The translations under genes were made by a program, and so were the position numbers. The notes below the pieces were generated by a model. The model ran no database searches. It saw nothing but the letters and a program-made list of their open reading frames with translations, and was not told the DNA's origin. Shown piece by piece: positions 39,257 to 55,218 of a DNA stretch of 64,000 bases; within the stretch, counting starts at the first letter, position 1, and every line of letters starts with the position of its first letter. This DNA comes from Octopus vulgaris. Its lineage: Eukaryota. The stretch is from NCBI GenBank assembly GCA_951406725.2, contig OX597834.1:43214001-43278000 (forward strand), given 5' to 3'.

Positions 39257-40450
39257 TGTCGCTACGAAATACTGTTTTATACATTATTTTAGAAATTCTC
39301 AAGGACACAGAGACATAGTAAGTTCGAAATGCATAAAGATTTATAACGGGGAGGCAGAAAAATTCTTGGCTTTAAGTGTATGAGTAGAGGCTTGGTTGGA
39401 GGTCCAAACTTCCGAGTTATCTTTACAGAGCTTATGAAACGTTAAGTACCGATGCAATTGGTGAATCTTAAAGCCCCCGCTCTTGTATATATATATATAT
39501 ATATAGGGAGATATTCAATAAAATATGTAAACAAACATTTCATAATGTTTCTAGAAACGTCTAATGTGTATCGTATTGTACAGACAAAGAAGTAATATTT
39601 GCTGGTCCCGGTGCTAGAGACGGCAGGGATTTATCCAATCGCTGGCGATATAGACAAGCGTGTATTTTGCACCAAAAGCCTATATACGAGATTTTCTCTC
39701 ATCGTATCTACCGCATAATAGTTTGTTTTGACAGAACATCCACGTTTCAGTGGGAAAAATAGGAATAAATTTAACCTCTCGATACTTATACTGACTCCAT
39801 CGCTAATATGTAGTATTAGCAAATGGAAGACTAAAATATTGTGTAGGAAAAGAGGAGGAGGCAGGATTATATCTGCAAGTAGAAAGCAGGCTTGTGAATA
39901 AGGTGAACCGGGGGAAAAGGAGAGAATGCAAAATAGGAAGGAGAGAGTGTTTATATTTGTGAAGTTTAATAAAACGCAATATATAGCTGGAGAGAGCAAG
40001 ACTGATATATGGGCTTTGAATAATGTTGCGGCAGAGAAAAAGGAGACAAAAGCGTAGGTCATATTTGTAAGGAAGTGTTTAGCACAAACATTGTTAATAC
40101 AAATATTGATAGCAGTCAGCAATTTGTGAAACGGTCAATGTTTGACGAGGTAACCGAAAGTGACAACGTTGGAGTGTGTGAACGCAGCAGATGGCTGGAA
40201 AAGAATTAAAAAGGAAAGATGAGTCAACGAGGTGGTCGCTCGGAGAACTAGAAATAGCAGCAATTTTATTACCGAAAACTATGGTTTTAAATTGAATAAT
40301 CCTCAAGATGCGGTGTGATCACGGCTGGATTGTCTTGAATCATATTGAAGCTGTGCTGGAAATAAGGAACAAAAGCAACGACTGCAGCCTATATCTGTAT
40401 TTTGTTCTTTTTCTCTCATTCATATACATACATATATATGCACACACACG

Positions 40451-40505
<55 letters not shown>

Positions 40506-40695
40506 ACGACAGAGAATATACATTGTGTGTGTAAGATATATATACCTCTGTAACTCGAATTATTACGAATTGGACAGCCATGAAACGATCGTAGTGTTAT
40601 ACTCATTATCTTTTTCTTATGTATTGGCTTAAGTTTTTCATTGTATGATTTGCCTAATAGTGGTTTTGTCTCTAATTTAATATAATATACATATA

Positions 40696-40745
<50 letters not shown>

Positions 40746-41751
40746 TGCATGCGCGCGTGCGTGCGTGCGTGTTTGTGTGTATTTCTGTCTGTGTATATTT
40801 CATCAGCGCTTGACGACCAGTGTGTTAGCGGTTTAGCAATAGAGTCTGATAAAACAAGTACCAAGTTTAGGGTAACGAGTACTAGGATCGATTCGTTCGG
40901 ACAAAACGTCTTTATGCCAATGCCACAGCTGACCAATCTTTTAAACTTATATTTCAAGAAGGAATAACGCTGGTTGTCATGGTAGCAGTGAAACGTCAAC
41001 GTTGTCACAACGACTCAATCAGAGTCACCTCTCGTAGCGTTAAAATTAAACGCATTGTCTTCTAGCGGAATGGAGGCCGTTATCTTCTCAACTATTGAAG
41101 CGCTCCTCACGACCGCAGGTTCGTGAGATGGTTGTGATCTGTAAGCTATGTTGAATGGTAACCCGAATGAGAAGTATGAACATACAATGCGCATGTGCAC
41201 AGTGAATTCGTAAAACTGAAGAGAAGTTATAAAAATAAAACGGTGAGAAGAATAACACAAGTTATATGAAGATCTGCATGCCACGTCTGACACCAATATC
41301 ACGCAACTTTGCTGGGATTTTCTTATCATTCCTCCTCAACCGGATCCAGCGCAGACATCTCTCCGCTATCTCTGATATTGGCTTAAGGGTTTTGGCTCCG
41401 TTCTTCCCAGTGAGTAGGAGCTGTTTCCTGAGATCGTAAGTACAGTTAACTGCAGAACCTCTGGCCCGAATAAATAATTTGAATCATGTACAAATACTGT
41501 ATTACAGAGCATGGGTCATATCCAGTACACCTATGGTAGAAATCTCAAACGTGTATTTGGTGTTACACTGACATTTTGAAATGATATTGAGGCACTGAAG
41601 CAGTAACAGAAAGGTATCAATACTGCGTAAAAATTCATTCCCTCTATCAATAACAACACCATGAGTCAATAATGAAACACTAGGTGACAACTAAAAATGC
41701 TAGAAATAGCAGAATAACCAACCATAGATCGAAACGTCAATGAAACATTAA

Positions 41752-42131
41752 ATATATATATATATAAAGCTGAAGTTGTCTGTGTGTGACAGGTTTGGTA
41801 GCCTTCAACTAACACTGTGTCCTCCGAGACCCTGTGGCGCAAGTTGACCAAAATTGAGAGTATGATAGAAGAAGGCTTGCTCTTCATTCCGTAGAAGAAA
41901 AATTCAAATCGGACCATGTTAACACCAAAAATTATTTACATCAAAAGGTGCTTTTTTCTATGAAAATCCTTATTTTTTACGATTTTTTTGCCGCTGTGTC
42001 GCCATTTTTCGGTGTATTTCAACCAGAAAAATGTTCACTTAAAGAGAATAACAAGCTACAATTTTTACTTTTCAAAAATTCCAATTCTAAATGTCGAAAC
42101 AAACCCGAGCAACGCCGGTCGATACTGCTAG
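41752..42131 (+). mobile_element. Non-autonomous Helitron
   Basis: 5' (TA)nAAAGCTGAAGTTGTCTGTGTGTG, subterminal GC hairpin CCCGAGCAACGCCGG (42104-42118), terminal CTAG (42128-42131) followed by T; no TSD. Confidence 0.75.
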
Positions 42132-43594
42132 TATATATAAATATGTATTCGTAGATAAATCTAAAAACATGTGATGGTCATGGGTGGAACGGCTTTAATG
42201 ATAGGGCTACTCGATCGGATTTGACCTACGGCCATGCAACAATAACGTCATCGATGTGACCTAGTTTTCAACGGTGCCTCACTGCAACTAAATCATGTTT
42301 GTTAAACCACAGAGTAGTCGACTCTTCACTTGGAATCTATTCCATTCTCTTCGCTTAAAGAATGCTGCGTTTCCAGTTATTCCGACAACCAAACCAGAAC
42401 ACCTTATTATATAAACTAAACATAATACTCATAATAATTCCAACGTGATCATGCCCCAGAGAGTAAACAATAAAAAAACTTATTATCACTCTTTTATTAT
42501 CAAGATTAAAAAAAAATATGTATGCAATTTCGAATGTTTTTACGATTACTTTCATAAGATTCACCATGCTTCGTATATAATTGGATTTTCCTACCAATAA
42601 ATGCGATTGGTTTCTGTTAGAACGGTAAACTAATTCCAAATATATATTTTCGATACCTGCAGTTTATGTCATCTGTGCCTAGGGAATTCTGTTAACATAT
42701 TAATCCCACACATAATGCTATGTTCATTCCATGTCTGCGTGTTATGAAAATACGGTACTAGCAAGTACTAAACATTAGATTTAATCTATATTGATGGCGG
42801 TTATTTCGTTCTCTAGCTTCCTACTTCTTCTACATCCTTACCTATATTTATTGTTGCTGTTGTTGTTTTAATATTATTTTTATTTTTTTTCTTTCCATTT
42901 CATTTTCTTTACTTTATTATCGACAACAAGTCGTAAAATTCTTTGAAATAAATTACAAAAGACCCGATGAAAACTGGACATAATTTATTGTTTTCTAAAA
43001 TATGTTTTATATGAGGTGGTTGTCAAGCAGTGTTATTGGTATTATTGGAAATTAGATGACATAATGGGGATATTAGAAAGTGATTAATGCGTCTCTTTTG
43101 GCTGAGATGACAGCCTTTATTGAAATGAATGTAACAATAAATTGAACCACCGAAGTCATTAATTTATTTTCCCTTTAGACAATATTGATATTTTAATCAT
43201 CGTTTAAGGATATATGAACACTATTTCTAATTCCCTCTTATCGGCCATCTTTGATAAGTTCGGCTTTTTTTTTATTATTTATATTAATAATATACATACA
43301 TATATACATACGATTATAACAAACACATTCATTATAAAAATATATATACAACCACATACATAAACATGTATATGTATATATATATATATACATCAAATGT
43401 ATATATAAATATATATAAATGCACATATAAACACACGCACACACATATATATAAACACATACATATATATATACATATATGTACACACATATATATATAT
43501 ATATATGTACACACACATATATATATATATACATCATATATACACATACACATAAATGCATACATATATGGATGTATATATGTATATGTATATA

Positions 43595-43669
<75 letters not shown>

Positions 43670-44221
43670 TGTGGTGTGTAAATGTATGAATACACCTTTT
43701 TTCAATTACTATTAATACTGATGTGCCACCGAAGACTATGTGTTCGACTACGATTGTGCTATGTATCTGACATAAAGACTATTAATTTTCTTATTTAACT
43801 TTTGAGTTATTCCGCATGGATTACAACTAACGATGTTTTTCATGTCATCATGTTATAATGTTGTTTCTGAAACAGATATAAATATTTATGCTCACGTCAA
43901 TATATCGCGTGCTCTCTGCCAGGTACGTCGTGTTCGTGTGTCCGTCCACTGCTTTGTAAAGCCTGAATTCTACGATGAGAAGAACACGCGATCGAGTCAT
44001 TGAGAATGCTTGTCCTTTCACATGCTCGTTGGAATTTATACAAGTAAAGGCAGAAATCAAAGTGTGTATAAAATTACACAAATATACCTCACCTCGAATT
44101 TTCATCTGCTCTCGGTGAATTCCGGTGTTTTCAAAAATTGCAAGAACGCTGACTTTTCATTAGCAACTGTGACTTTAAAATACTTACCATGTTGCAATAA
44201 ATTCGACATCCAACATCCACG

Positions 44222-44530
44222 CCTTCATCATTGTTGAAGGAGGAGCCCTTTCTTGGTCTCCTTCTACCGCTGTCTATCTCTGGACAGTCGTGGTCATGTA
44301 GGTCCTAGATATCAGACGCGATCACGTCACCATTTTGACCTTAGTCGCCCTCTTAATCTTGCCGATTGTCTTGGTGTCCGTTCTGTAATCCTGATCATAC
44401 ATTTGTTGCCTTTCCATAGCGCGGCGTGACCGGCTGATCTATACTTGTTCTTCTCGACGGTTCTTATGATGTCGTAGACCCTTGCGAAGAGCCGAATCCA
44501 GGCGTTGGTTTTCTTTACTTTGAGAATGCA
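44222..44530 (-). mobile_element. RTE-clade LINE 3' fragment
   Basis: Minus strand TNAWIRLFARVYDIIRTVEKNKYRSAGHAALWKGNKCMIRITERTPRQSARLRGRLRSKW matches the RTE N.WIR...V.DII...KW.WAGH...TEW.PR...RGRP..RW motif. Confidence 0.75.
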
Positions 44531-45171
44531 TTCGACTCCATAGAATTCTCACCGCTTCTTATTGCACGGAAGAACCTTGGAGCTGGACCCCACCTATGTT
44601 GCAATTCTGAAAGATCTGATCTTTAGAGCGGTGCAAGACTGACACTCCAGCTGGACTAAAATAGCGATATGGTCAAGGTGTAGAGAGGAGCAAGGCAAAG
44701 AGTGAATATGTCACCACAGTTGTCAAAATAAATGCTATGTTTATATAAGGTGTCTGTCCATATATGTGTCTATAAATATACACAAAAATAAGCGGAGACG
44801 CAGCGATATATAGATAGATAGATGGTTTGATAGGAAAACATAGACAGGCAGATGAAGAGTGAGAGAGTGACACACAGACAAATAGGCTGATTAATAGATA
44901 GATAGATAGATAGATGGATAGATGGATAGATGGATAGATAGATAGATAGATAGATAGATAGAGAAAGAGACAGAGAGAGATTAAGTGACAGATATATACA
45001 TTCACAGGGAGACACACAGTTAGATACTTTGATAGATAGATAGATAGAAGAATATATAGATAAATTCATGCTGATAGATAAATAGAATGAGGGGTAGATA
45101 AGAAAATAGACATATTGCGAGAGATAGACATGTTGTTGTATATAGATAGGCCGAGTGAATGATAGACAGAC

Positions 45172-45268
<97 letters not shown>

Positions 45269-45276
45269 TGCATATA

Positions 45277-45733
45277 TTCTTTTCTACTCAAAGCACAAGG
45301 CCAGAAATATTTTTTGGGGGGGCAAGTCGATTAGACCGACCCCTGTGCGTAACTGGTACTTTATTTATCGACCCCGAAAGGATGAAAGGCAAAGTCGAAC
45401 TCGGCGGAATTTGAACTCAGAACGTAACGGCAGGCGAAATACCTGTTTATTTATTGCCCATAAGGAGCTAAACACAGAGGAGACAAACAAGGACAGACAA
45501 ACGGATTATGTTGATTATACCGACCCCTGTGCGTAACTGGTACTTAATTTATCGACCCCGAAAGGATGAAAGGCAAAGTCTACCTCGGTGGAATTTGAAC
45601 TCAGAACGTAAAGACAGTCGAAATACCCATTTCTTTACTAGCCACAAGGGGCTAAACACAGAGTAAAAAGAAGGACAGAAAACGGATTAAGTCGATTACA
45701 TCGACCCCAGTGCGTAACTGGTACTTAATTTAT
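45277..45733 (-). mobile_element. Head-to-tail multimer of SINE-B units (tails B1, B1, B2)
   Basis: Three cores at about 45335-45443, 45520-45627 and 45700-45733; internal junctions read tail-AAA(G)AAAT/CA|GGTATTTCG on the minus strand. Confidence 0.9.
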
Positions 45734-46509
45734 GAACCATTTGTGTTTCGCTTGGGTTCCGCATGCTTTAAATATCAACAACAACAATCAACGAGTCACA
45801 ATCTCCGCTGGTTTGCTTCCTCGTCTCCACTCAACTCATGGACACAAGCAACGATTTCTATACCGAATCCTTACTGACGACGAAAAATGGTGCCTGTACA
45901 TCAATATGAAGCAGTGTAAAGAATGGCTTAGCCCAGTAAACAAGCGACACCGCACGTGATCTTCATCCACGTAAAACAATGTTGTGCGTATGGTGGGACT
46001 GGGAAGGGATTATCCATTACGAATTGCATGAACGTAACCAAACGGTCAACGCGGATCTCTATGTTCAACAGATGGAACAACTCGACACGGCTATTCAAGA
46101 GGAAGACCTAATCGGAAGCATGGAGTTCTGCTGTACGACAACGCCCGCCCCCATGTCGTCAATATGACCAAGGAAGCCATTAAAACGCATGACGAGAAAG
46201 TGCTGCCCCACCCGCCGTACTCACCTGATTTGGCACCAACAGATTTCTACCCCTTTCGATCTCTTTCAAATGCTATGCGCGGAGTTTCGTTCAATACTGA
46301 TGCAGAATTGAGAGCTTGGTTGGATCTATTTTTCGAGTCGAAATCTAGTGATTTCTACCAACAAGGTATTGAAAATCTTGCTGAACGTTGGGAAGAAGTT
46401 GTAAACAACAAGGGTGGATGCATTATTGATTAATTACATGTTACCTTTTATTAAACCCTTTAAAATTTTAAATTTAAAAGAAACGGCGGGAACTTAGTTG
46501 CCAAACCAA
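45734..46509 (+). mobile_element. Decayed mariner (DD34D) transposon, 3' two-thirds
   Basis: WVPHAL, RILTDDEKW, HPRKTMLCVWWD, DNARPH-...-HPPYSPDLAPTD (34 residues between the Ds), GIENLAERWEEV; frameshifted; right TIR ...GGGAACTTAGTTGCCAAACCAA|TA. Confidence 0.93.
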
Positions 46510-47786
46510 TACATCTTTAATCTCCAACACCTTTCGATGTTCACCATTACAACACTCCCTTCCTGAACACAACGAGACACAAAACATCGTCGATCTGAGC
46601 CTCAACATCCTGAATATAGGATTAAAGAAGCAAAAATGTCGACGATATTGCATTAGTTATTTAATTTCTATATTTGTTTCCATGGGTTAAATGCAACCGT
46701 CATCAACCATATATTCGTTACGTTAATAAAATATAATTAATACATAATTAATCCGAGTGACGTAAGTAATTTTATCGAGAAGGAATTTTCAAATAACATT
46801 CAGTGTGTATAATTTTACGGTGCCAATCGAGTGAAGCAATATATCAGAAATACTAACATACATATCATATATTATGTATTATTTGTGTGCGTGTGTTTCT
46901 ATACACACACAACTATATATAAATGCATACATATACACATATACACATATATGTATATATACATGTACACACACACATACACACAATCACATATGTAAAA
47001 TATATTATCAAGTGCTATAGTTTGACGTATTTTGTATAATCTATACACGTGTTTCAGTGACATTTACACACAGATTACATAAGGTTAAGATTACTCAAAA
47101 ATTCTGTCCTACTTCAGCCAAGTCTCTTGTTACGTGAAACATGTAGAAGAAAAGAAAGCAGAAGAATATAAATATGTAGAACTCTCAGAATGAGAATATA
47201 ATCCTAAAGTCAGCACCACCATCAAGCATTTGTGTCGAGTATAAAGCAATCTCGTATTCTCATCTGAAGAAGTTTACTGCCATTTCTCCCGTGACAAGCC
47301 ATTAAAAAATAATGATTTAAATGAAATTTGGCTGCTGTTTCTATGACACCGAGTAACCATAGAAAGGCTTCCTCTTTGGCACGTTAAGACGAAGTTTTAT
47401 TATTATTATTTTTGCTTTTCAATGACTGTACAACTAACAGAATGGCTGAGAGAATTCACCAATAACAACATCGATTTCTGAAAGGGGAAAGAAGTAAAAC
47501 CAAAAAAACAAAAAAATATACACAATAAAAAAGCAGAGAGATTCATATAGATTATCAATTGAATTTTATAATATCTTCCTGCTAGGAAATACATTAAATA
47601 TTTATTACAGAACAAAGTTCCAATCGTCAGATGGTGTTGAAAATCGTATTCGAACAACAGATAAAACGGAACTACAATGGCGACATACAAACCTACACAT
47701 CTGAACGCGTGCGAGACGCCACACTCTTCCACACACAGGCATAAACACATTCAGTAATTTAACAATGCAACCATACATATATACGC

Positions 47787-47858
<72 letters not shown>

Positions 47859-48584
47859 GTATGTATATATGCTTGTATCTATGCGTGTGTGTGTGTGCGC
47901 CTTTGTGTATTCGTGTAAGTCATACTTAATTGTTTACGTATGTGTATTTCAGTATTTTGCACATTTTATCATATATTTTGTTACTTAAAAAGCATTATAT
48001 ATGTGTGTGCGTATGTGTGTCTGCTATATATATATAGATATATATATATATATATATAGTAAAATATATATCTGTATATATAATATTATATATACATACA
48101 CATACACACGCACACACACACACACACACATATGTATATGTATAATATATACACATATTTATACATACATGTTCATGTATCTATGTACATATGCATGCGT
48201 TTGTTTCGTATAAAGTTTCCTTTTTCTGGGTATATGTTTGTATATTTTTTTCGTGTAGAATAAACTAATATAAAAAATATATCTTTTATAGTGAATTGTT
48301 AATAAAACATATATTTTTCCTTTTTTTTTTTATCTCATTTTCTTTTCTATTTAAAATATTTCTATAGCGAAAATAATAGCTACAATACACATCAGCAACT
48401 ACAGTATATAACATAAAGGCATATACACATACGTACACAAATGGCATCTAAGCATACATATATATATATACATACATGTGCATATACATATACATATATG
48501 CATATAACAATATATATCGATGTGTATATATGTACATATATATATATACACATACATACATAGATGTATATATGTATTCACACA

Positions 48585-48646
<62 letters not shown>

Positions 48647-48653
48647 GATAGAT

Positions 48654-48691
<38 letters not shown>

Positions 48692-48752
48692 GATAGATAG
48701 ATAGATAGATAGATAATGTATATATATATATATATATATATAGATAGATAGA

Positions 48753-48839
<87 letters not shown>

Positions 48840-49678
48840 TTATATATGTATGTATGCCTCTCACACGCACATATGTAAGTATGCATGTATATACATACAT
48901 ATATAAAGTATTATTCAAAGCTGAATAGAGAAATCGCTAGAAGAGAGCGACGAACAAGAAAGTCAACAACAAAAACAACATCAACAACAATAACACTAAT
49001 AGCAACAACATCATTAACAACAACAACAAAAAGAAAAAAGTTTTTACTAAACCTCTCTGTCCGTACTATAAAACCATAATTGGAAAAAAGAAATAAATAA
49101 ATAAAAGAAAAACTGAAAATGGATAGAAATAAAATATAATAAAAAAAAGTACATAAGAAACGAATTGAAAGAACAAACAAAATAAAACAAAATAAACAAA
49201 TATAATACTAAACCAACATAAAACAGACAAACATCGAAAAATCAATGAAATCAAGTTCTTTTGTCCAAATCCCATAAATGTGGTCACGTGACACTTTTCA
49301 TGTTAATTGTATGTGAAAATCAGCAAGCGTCCATTAGAACAAAAAGGATTTTAAAATAGAGGTTGGTAAATCTGTTGAAATTGCACATAGTGAAGATTCT
49401 AATTTGGTATTGATTAAGTAAGTAACGCCAGGGCTTTTTGGCTTGAAAAATACTCAGTAATTAATCAATGAGAATAATTGACGATGACCTCGTTGTCGAG
49501 AATTTATTTCCATCAACTTTTGCCAACCATCAATCGTACCATTAAAAACTATATCCGGATGAATTGTAATAAAAGGTTCATTCTATACAGACACATCACA
49601 CACACACAGACATACACACACGTAAAACACGTCACACATACACAGATATATAATTGTGCGTGTGTGAGTGTGTTTCTA

Positions 49679-49733
<55 letters not shown>

Positions 49734-50665
49734 GTGTATGTGTGTATGTGTGTGTGTGTATTCAATACGTTGGTAAAATTCAATATTCATCTGTAATGCG
49801 GCAAATATTGTGACGTATGTGTGTCTGTCTGTGTGTATGTATGCATATATGTGTGTATGTAGGCATGTATGTATTTATACATGTATGCATGTATGTGTGT
49901 GTATGTACGTATGTATGTTTGTACGTTATGTGACTGCGTATACATGTAGAATGCACGTGCGTATATATACTATGTATACACCATGTATATATGTATGTAT
50001 TACGTCTATTTGTATATATATTTGCGTGTTTATACGTTCCATTCTACGGGTATGTTCATTTACGCATCGGTTACGTACGTTAACAGGCATACAGCTGAAG
50101 CATTTAAATATATATATTTGTGTATATAGTTTTTATCATCCATTATGTAAGCATGTATGTATGTACGTTTTATGTATGCATGTAAATATATGTATATGTC
50201 TGTGTCTGTATGTATATACATATATATAATGCAACATACACATACAAGCATTTATATATGCATGTGTATTTGTACAACATATATATATATAGCCATACAG
50301 ACAATTAGTCATACTCATATACTTTCATAAATACATACACACATGCACACACATTCATCCATTCACGTTTGAACTGATACGGGTCACTTTTTAATCTCTT
50401 CCACCGAAGCTGAACAGGAAGACCGTCTTATCTTGTTTATATTTAGACACTTTTAAATAATAATAATTTTAATTTAATATTAATTACGTGTCTGTGTTCC
50501 ACCACCGTCGTCGTCGTTGTTGCTGTTGTTGTTGTTAATGGTTTTGTATGATGACGTCATTGTTACTGAAACCTAGGGGTGCCAGGTGGTTTCAAGGTCT
50601 GTCAGCTTAGACCTTTTTACATTGTTGTTGCTCTTGATATTTTTGGTTGATGGTGGTGGTGTTGC

Positions 50666-50697
<32 letters not shown>

Positions 50698-51062
50698 TTG
50701 GCAGTGGTGCTGGTGACGCTGGTAGGGTTTTCTTTTTACTTCTAAATAATCCGATGAACCATGATCGGGATCTACATTGAAAAAGGACATTGCGCCGTCC
50801 ATAATCACTTTTATATGATTGAGATTAGTTTATCAATTTCCAAAAGGATCCCGTTTACAAGTCTGAATTCCTCTTACTCTCCAGGAGACATCTGCAGCCG
50901 ATATTACTTTAATATTTCAATGAATTTCCTCATAAAGCAGCGACTATACTGGGGAACCATGTCCGAAGGTTTTACCAAATCATAAACAAACGTATCTTAT
51001 TTCAGCATCATCTATATTTCATCGGTCTCTATTTCTATCAAGTGTATTACGTCTCCTTGTCT

Positions 51063-51460
51063 AGTGGCTGTGTTGTAAGTAGCTTGTTTACCAACGACAT
51101 GGTTCCGCGTTCAGTCCCACTGCGTGGCAACATGGGCAAGTGTCTTCTACTACAGCCTCGAGCCGACCAAAGTCTTGTGAATGGATTTGGAGGACGGAAA
51201 CTGAAAGAAGCCCGTCGCATATATATGTATATGTATATGTGTGTATATGTTTGTGTGTCTCTGTTTGTCCCCCTCCAACATCGCTTAACAACCGATGCTG
51301 GTGTGTTTATGTCTCCGTAACTTAGCGGTTCGGCAAAAGAGATCGATGGAATAAGTACTAGGCTTATAAATAATAAGTCCTGGGCTCGATTTGCTCGACT
51401 AAGGCGGTGCTCCAGCATGGCCACAGTCAAATGACTGAAACAAGTAAAAGAGTAAAAGAG
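51063..51460 (+). mobile_element. SINE-A, near full length
   Basis: AGTGGCTGTGTTGTAAGTAGCTTG...TGGGCAAGTGTCTTC...GGCGGTGCTCCAGCATGGCCACAGTCAAATGACTGAAACAAGTAAAAGAG. Confidence 0.93.
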
Positions 51461-52108
51461 AGAGTGTCTTCCTGTCATACATCCCTATAGACATACAGAC
51501 CCACTATATATCTATTCATACAAAGATATATATCTTATATAAGATATCTTATACAAAGACATAAATTATATGGGCTTCAACATAGTTTCTGCTTACTATA
51601 AACAGAAAAAGAGAAAATTACATAAAATACCCGGAAATTTGACCGCTGTTTCCAATAATTATGAGTTTGAGAGAAACGGATTTCAATATTAAACTAACGT
51701 CTATCACTCGCTCATAAATGGGTCGGTCACCTGGTATTTGATAGAATTCGAAAAAGGAGACCGTACGTGTGTGTGTGTGTGTGCATGTGTTTATGTGTAC
51801 ATGTTTGTATGTATATATTTGTAAGTGTACACATACACACACACATATATGTTCGAACGTTATAATGGATACAGATCGTGTATCAATAGCTATCTTAAGG
51901 CGGTGGCCTCATGGAACTGACCAGCGGCAGCGAATATTCTTATATCTATAAGAATGCCATATTAATATGGCGATAACAATTAATTTCCAGTAAACGCTGT
52001 CGTAATCTCTTTTATAGAGACTTAGTAATTTTAATATTTCTATTATATATATATATGTATACATATATATACATACATACACATACATATAGATAGATAG
52101 ACACACAC

Positions 52109-52146
<38 letters not shown>

Positions 52147-52692
52147 TTGTTTGTTTGTGTAAAGTGGGCTCGAAGGTGCATATTCTACAGAATGTGCACG
52201 TTATAGGTTTTGTAGCTCAGAGGTTAGTCATGTTGACCTCCAGTTACAATCGTCACAGTTATTGACCATCACACTGACTTATCTTCCATTGTACTCAAAT
52301 CTGTTTAAATTAATATACCCTTTCTAGTCCCGAACCGGGTGCCTGTGATTTTCAAAGACAGATGCCGCATATTTTTGCTTATTTTCTTTAAGACGTTTTT
52401 GTGCTTTGCTGACTCAAAATTACGACTATAAGCATCGTACGATATGTATATATAATGCTTCATCTCTGTATGAAATTATGGAAACATATTGTTATGCAAA
52501 GGTCATTCGAGAGTAAAAAGAGAGAGAAACATAAAGATACAAATGAATTTTATCTCATTCCGTATCTCATGGTTCTCGCTTGATTCAAATAAACGTCATG
52601 AAAGATATTACGCTCATCTCTCCTTCTCTTTCTTTCTGACTACCCATCTCTTTATCTATCTATCCATCCATCCATCCAACCATCCATCCATC

Positions 52693-52765
<73 letters not shown>

Positions 52766-52935
52766 CCTATTTCTATCTGTCTATCTGTCTATCTATCGTC
52801 TGTCAATCTCTCAAATTGTCTAACCTTTCTAATTACTCTCTCTTTTTATCTATCTGTCTATCTAATAGTATATATGTCTCTCTTTCATTTGCTTGCCTGT
52901 CTATCTACCAATCTAACTATCAATCTCTCCCTTTC

Positions 52936-53062
<127 letters not shown>

Positions 53063-53126
53063 TTCTATCTATCTATATACATATCCATCCATTTATCTAT
53101 CTATTTTTCCTGTACACATACATGTA

Positions 53127-53171
<45 letters not shown>

Positions 53172-53239
53172 ACACACAAGTATATAAATATAGACAGATA
53201 GATAGTCAGATAGGCAGACAAACAAAGAGACAAGCGAAC

Positions 53240-53290
<51 letters not shown>

Positions 53291-53324
53291 TAGATAGAGA
53301 GATAGACAGATAGAAGGATGAATT

Positions 53325-53572
53325 ACTTTTTGGATCTTCTACCCTTCGAATGCTCTTTTACTTCAGCAGACCCCACATAGCTATTCTGTGTTTTTTTTTT
53401 TTTTTTGAAAACCCCATTATATTTCTTCTAATTGGACATTAAGAATTAGATAAAAAATATTAAGAGATTTTGCTGATTATAGAAGTATAAAAAATTCATT
53501 GCAAATAAATTTTAACGAAAAAGTCTTAAAATGTCCACGAAAGGTCATAAGGACCTCGGCTGAGAAGCACTG
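53325..53572. mobile_element. Possible hAT (Charlie-type) MITE remnant
   Basis: Ends GGACCTCGGCTGAGAAGCACTG, resembling the reverse complement of the CAGTGGTTCTCAACC hAT terminus; the other TIR was not found. Confidence 0.3.
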
Positions 53573-54008
53573 ATCTGGATTAACTAGAATTGCTGCAGCT
53601 TGGGTGTGACGTGTCAGCTTCTGGCTTTCTTTTTAAGGTTTATGGGTTATTCTGCATTCAACCGGGTTGAGTTTGCACTCACAAATGTTGAGTGTGTATT
53701 CCCACTATTTCATATGGATACGCACCACCATAATACAATCTGAAAAAGATGTATATTTTCATGACGAAGAATTAGAATTACGCCATCTTGGAAGCAAAAA
53801 AATATCGAAACGCTTCGTTTATATATACATATACACGCATACAGAACAGGAATCATATACATTTATGCACTAGCTTATATACAGATATGCATACATGTAC
53901 TTATACACACACACACAGACATATTTTTATGCGTATATATATATATATTTATATACATATATGTGTACATACATATGTATGTATGTGTGTATATATATAT
54001 ATACATAT

Positions 54009-54079
<71 letters not shown>

Positions 54080-54306
54080 AATATACATAGGTAGATAGAT
54101 ATGTGTGTATATATATCTATAACTATTCATGTGCATATATGAATGCATATATGTATGTATTGATGTATACGTATGTTTATTTACTAGCATACATATATGC
54201 ATACATATACACATATGCATACTTAAATACATACATATGTATATGTGTATATATATATACATACATATACATATATATATAAATATACATATATATATAA
54301 ATATAT

Positions 54307-54427
<121 letters not shown>

Positions 54428-54639
54428 CATGAATATATTTACTTTCAATTATCTTTCATTCTTTTGGCGCGGTGATTTATTTACCACTCGCTGATAGCTA
54501 ACTACATTCTTCTATGATGGTCGAACTTTACTTATTTCCGTGCTATTTATTCCAGACAGCAGTATAGGAATCGCTTTAATTATCTTCTCCAACTCTGTAA
54601 GAGAGAAAACCGTTCTGTATTGTACACGTGTTCCCCTTC

Positions 54640-54742
<103 letters not shown>

Positions 54743-55039
54743 GTCCGTTTTCTTTTTAGTTCATTTTGTTCATATGTGTGTATATTTTGTGTGTTATTTT
54801 GTGAATGTATCTACATGCAATTGTGCGTATATAAGTGTGTATGACTGAATATTTGGGCGTGTGTGTGTGTATGTGTGTGTGTGTGTCACTGAAAGGCCTT
54901 CACCTCGTGTGATATTTAAATATCGAAAATATCATTGAATAGACATACAAGAAATTGCTTGGTGACTGGGCTAAATGTATCTTTCTTTTTTTCGTGGTTT
55001 CTTCTCAGATTTTTCTTCTTCTAAAATGCTCTGACAATA

Positions 55040-55171
55040 TCATCGTCATCATCATCATCATCATCGTCATCGTCATCGTCATCAGCATGGACTTCGTCGT
55101 TGTTGTCGGCGTCCATGTCACCGTCATTTTCTTCTTCTTCTTCTTCTTCTTCTTCTTCTTCTTCTTCTTCT

Positions 55172-55218
<47 letters not shown>

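Noticed and set aside
39640-40220. 163-aa minus-strand ORF or degenerate LINE end (NSFPAIC)
   Set aside because: No recognisable domain; only one weak motif.
41020-41460. Possible solo LTR
   Set aside because: No clear TG...CA ends, TSD or second copy.
45277-45733. CRISPR-like or satellite array
   Set aside because: Units are about 185-bp SINE bodies without unique spacers, in eukaryotic DNA with no cas genes.
47044-47055. Another GAAACACGTGTA half-motif (minus strand)
   Set aside because: Lies in AC/TA-rich DNA with no convincing CUGANGA or stem I; likely chance.
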